NCBI GenBank assembly: GCA_964291285.2 | Contig: OZ219787.1 | Span: 1,856,001 to 1,920,000, forward strand | Source of the DNA: Alphaproteobacteria bacterium | GTDB taxonomy: Bacteria > Pseudomonadota > Alphaproteobacteria > Bin95 | Length of the DNA: 64,000 nt | Direction of reading: 5' to 3' | Part shown: positions 60,923 through 64,000 of the stretch, in pieces | Layout: the number at the start of each line of letters is the position of its first letter | How positions within the stretch are numbered: the first letter of the stretch is position 1 | Made by a program: the position numbers and the translations under genes | Notes under the pieces: model-generated | The model's database searches: none | Told to the model about the DNA's origin: nothing | The model's input: only the letters and a program-made list of their open reading frames with translations

Positions 60923-62494
60923 ATGCGCTTGCCCCTTGACCTCGACATGCCCGGCAAATACCGTCTCCCTCGAACGTGCTTCGTTGAACAATCTTCCGAA
61001 TGCGTCGGTCGGCGTGTCAGCACGTTCGTGCGCGAAACGACCGCCCGGGGCCACCGCTATCTCTACCTCGTGGAGAGCGTGCGCGAGGGCAAGCGGGTGC
61101 GCCAGCGCACGATCCGCGCGCTCGGCCGCAAGGACGTGTTGCAGGCGAGCGGGGAGCTGGACCGTCTGATCGCGTCCCTGGCGCGCCATTCGGAGCGGTC
61201 CGTGGTGCTGGAGGACATGGAGGCGGGCGCGCTGGCCTGCGTGCGGGTCGGCGGTCCGCTGCTGTTCGGTCGGCTGTGGGATCGGCTGGGCGTGGGCGCT
61301 GTCGTGAAGGAGCTTCTGGACGGTCGCGGCTTCGGGTTCGCCGTCGAGCGGGCGGTGTTTGTGAGCGTTCTGCACCGTCTGTTCGTGTCGGGTTCGGACC
61401 GGTCCTGCGAGAAGTGGATGGCCGACTACGCGATCGAGGGGATCGAGGGGTTGCGGCTTCATCAGCTGTATCGGGCGATGGCCTGGCTCGGGGAGGAGCT
61501 GGAGGCGCCGGCGGAAGGCGCGCTTGCGCCGCGCTGCGTGAAGGACGGGATCGAGGAGCGTCTGTTCGAGCACAGGCGGGACCTGTTCACCGACCTGTCT
61601 GTGGTGTTCATGGACACCACGACGCTGTCGTTCCACGGCGCGGGCGGCGAGACGCTGGGCGCGCACGGCTACTCGAAGGACCATCGCCCGGACTTGCGCC
61701 AGATGGTTCTGGCGGTGGTGCTGGACGGCGAGGGCCGGCCTGTGTGCACGGAGATGCTGCCGGGCAACACGGCCGACACCAGGGTGCTGCTGCCGATCGT
61801 GGACCGTCTTCGGTCACGCTTCGGGATCGGTCGTGTGTGCGTGGTGGCGGACCGGGGGATGATCTCGGCGGCGACGATAGCGGCGCTGGAAGAGCGGGGG
61901 CTGGACTACATCCTGGGCGCGCGCGAGCGGCGCACGAAGGTGGTCCGCGAGGTGGTGCTGAAGGACACGAAGCCCTTTGTGCCGCTGCTCCTCAAGCGTC
62001 CGCGCGGCGAGACGCAGCTGTTCGTGAAGGAAGTCACGGTGGGCGGCGCGCGCTACATCGTGTGCCGCAACGAGGCGGAGGCACAGAAGGACCGCGCCGA
62101 CCGGCAGGCCGTGGTGGACGGCCTCCAGCGCCGCCTTGCGGACGGCGAGAAAGCGCTGATCGGCAACAGCGCCTACCGGCGTTATCTGCGCCGCACGGGC
62201 GCGGGCAAGGCGTTCGAGATCGACGCCGGCAAGCTCGCCGAGGAGGCCGGCTTCGACGGCATCTTCGTGCTGCGCACCAACGCCGGCATGACGCCGCTCA
62301 ATGCCGTGCTCCGCTACCGGGAGCTGCTCACGGTGGAAGACCTGTTCCGCCGGGCGAAGGCCCAGTTGCGCACCCGCCCGATCTACCACTCCTGCGACGC
62401 CGCGATCCGCGGCCACGTCTTCTGCTCCTTCCTCGCGCTCGTCCTCCAGAAGGAACTGGCCGACCGCTGCGCCGCCGCCAACGTCAACGTCGAA

Positions 62495-63521
62495 CCTGCT
62501 TATTCTCAAGGATCATCCTGCAATGAGTAGTTGATATGGGATGGGTTGTGTTCTGACGGCGCTGTGAAGGAAGCGTGGGATCATGGAGTTGAGTTGGTAT
62601 CGTCGGTTGTATCGCCATGCGAAGCTGGCGAGGTAGCGTTCGGCATGGTCGGGACCGAGCTTTCGGTAGGTTCCGGCGATGGCGCTCTTGATGTTGCCGA
62701 GGGTCGTGTTGACCCATTTGAAGGGGGCCATGCGGGCTGCCCGGCGGCCTGAGCCGGTACGGATGGCGCTGTGGCTTGCGGCGATGCCGTCGAGGGCGTT
62801 CCAGCAGTGCAGGGCATCGGTGACGACCTCCGTCCCCGGGGCCAGCCAGCGTTTGGCGCCGCGCGCGATCTCGCGCTTGCGGAAGCCCCTGACCGGGACG
62901 AGCTTGACCTTGCGCGGAGCCCCTTCGGCGCTGGTCGAGACCGCCGCCACGAAGGGCGTCTTGCCCGGCGCGCCCCGGCCGCGCTTGCCGCCGGAGCGCG
63001 ACCCGCCGAGATAGGCGTCGTCCATCTCGACCCGTCCTTCGAGCCGCGTGTCGGCTTCGCGCCGGGCCATCACCGCCATGATCTTCTGCTTCATGCTCCA
63101 GGCGGTCGGCTGCCTGACCCCGAGGCGGCGACCGAGTTCCACCGACGAAATGCCGTTCTTCGCCGTCACCACAAGGTGGATCGCCGCAAACCACAACGTC
63201 AGGGGCAGCTTGGTCGAGTGGAAGATCGTCCCCGACGTCACCGAAACCTGCTTCTTGCAGCGGTTGCACTGGTAAAGCCTGCGCCCGGCAAGAATGCAGT
63301 GCCCCCGATGCCCGCAGGAGCCGCACTCGAAACCGTTCGGCCAGCGCAATCGGGCTAGCACCGCCCGGCACTGATCCTCCGTGCCGAACGACGCTCGGAA
63401 CGCATCGTCGCTCAAGCCACGAACACGCGATGCAACCTTGAATGCCATATCCATGACCTCCCGATAACAGAAACCCTTCCAAACCTACAATCTCACAAGA
63501 TGACTCTCAAGAATAAGCAGG
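62495..63521 (-). mobile_element. IS1595-family element, 1027 bp
   Basis: TIR CCTGCTTATTCT / AGAATAAGCAGG; 8-bp TSD ACGTCGAA at 62487-62494 and 63522-63529. Confidence 0.93.
62513..63454 (-). CDS. IS1595 transposase
   Basis: RWPNGF Zn ribbon, GTIFHSTKLPL, VEMDDAY, VTD, RYNRR. Confidence 0.93.
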   Translation of the reverse strand: MDMAFKVASRVRGLSDDAFRASFGTEDQCRAVLARLRWPNGFECGSCGHRGHCILAGRRLYQCNRCKKQVSVTSGTIFHSTKLPLTLWFAAIHLVVTAKNGISSVELGRRLGVRQPTAWSMKQKIMAVMARREADTRLEGRVEMDDAYLGGSRSGGKRGRGAPGKTPFVAAVSTSAEGAPRKVKLVPVRGFRKREIARGAKRWLAPGTEVVTDALHCWNALDGIAASHSAIRTGSGRRAARMAPFKWVNTTLGNIKSAIAGTYRKLGPDHAERYLASFAWRYNRRYQLNSMIPRFLHSAVRTQPIPYQLLIAG

Positions 63522-63957
63522 ACGTCGAATGGGACGACCTGATCCGCGATCTCGACCGCCTGCAAGAGGCCACCATCGAGAAGGACGGCAAGCGCATCAC
63601 CACCCGCACCCATGTCGAGGGCCAGGTCGGAAAGGTCTTCCAGGCCGTCGGCATCGCGCTGCCGCCGAACTGGCGCGAACACAAAGCCTGACCGTCCCCA
63701 AAATCAACGAAATGTAGTGGGTACACCCGGCGATGCCGGTGTAACTCCCTGTTCTATCGAATACTTTTAATCGTCACTGTTGAAGTTGGGTCTGAAAACC
63801 CGTGAGAAGCCGACGGGAGACGTGCGCCCTCTGCCTCGCGCGCGCAATCAGGCGCGCGAACCGCGCCGGCGCCGACCCGCGCCCGGGCAGGCGCGGGCGC
63901 CCGCGCAGGATATGCGCGGAAACAGGGACCCGCTCCCCGTCGGAGCAAGGAGGAACG

Positions 63958-64000
63958 ATGAGGGCAACCGACCCCCGCCCCGGGCCGCCGCCGGAGGACG
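63958..64000 (+). CDS. Start of an unknown gene, truncated by window edge
   Basis: AAGGAGG followed by ATG. Confidence 0.4.
   Translation, partial: MRATDPRPGPPPED

Larger units (their letters stand above)
61024..63790 (+). mobile_element. Second IS1634 copy: upstream end and ATG missing, interrupted by IS1595
   Basis: Matches copy 1 from GTTCGTGCGC to TGAAGTTGGG. Confidence 0.9.

Noticed and set aside
60182-60946. Long N-terminal extension of the second IS1634 transposase
   Set aside because: Runs through promoter, leader and terminator sequence and overlaps the divergent gene

Overview
GC-rich, alphaproteobacterial-looking accessory region (taxon inferred from gene content) in three parts. 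(1) 1-19.1 kb: a sulfation/lipid-modification cluster with the 3' end of cysC, two paralogous sulfotransferases, a MATE transporter, an IS-split penicillin-acylase-family hydrolase, an AlkB-type di-iron monooxygenase fused to a degenerate GlnE-like domain, and an RND permease whose adaptor gene is reduced to a remnant. (2) Dense, partly nested IS elements, most with readable TIRs and TSDs: an unclassified DDE IS, IS21 inside IS1380, a two-left-ended IS630, an ISAs1 fragment, IS1634 inside an IS5/IS1182-like element, and IS1595 inside a second IS1634. (3) 24.3-60.3 kb: a conjugative-element or plasmid backbone. It holds a TraG/VirD4 remnant, a 12 x 105-bp palindrome-rich array next to a membrane-anchored integrase-arm-domain protein, and a resolvase. 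It also holds a triple-SLOG protein that shares its C-terminal ~280 aa with a 2139-aa MOBF relaxase, and a catalytically degenerate relaxase paralog. Beyond these lie a leading-region-like array of small genes, each preceded by a conserved motif (including an 8-finger C4 zinc-ribbon protein), then a large serine recombinase, a nuclease, DUF5131, parAB and an iteron-containing Rep-like gene. A candidate Cys-leader attenuator sits at 60.8 kb. No rRNA, tRNA or CRISPR array was seen. Family calls come from motif recognition by eye, not from database searches.
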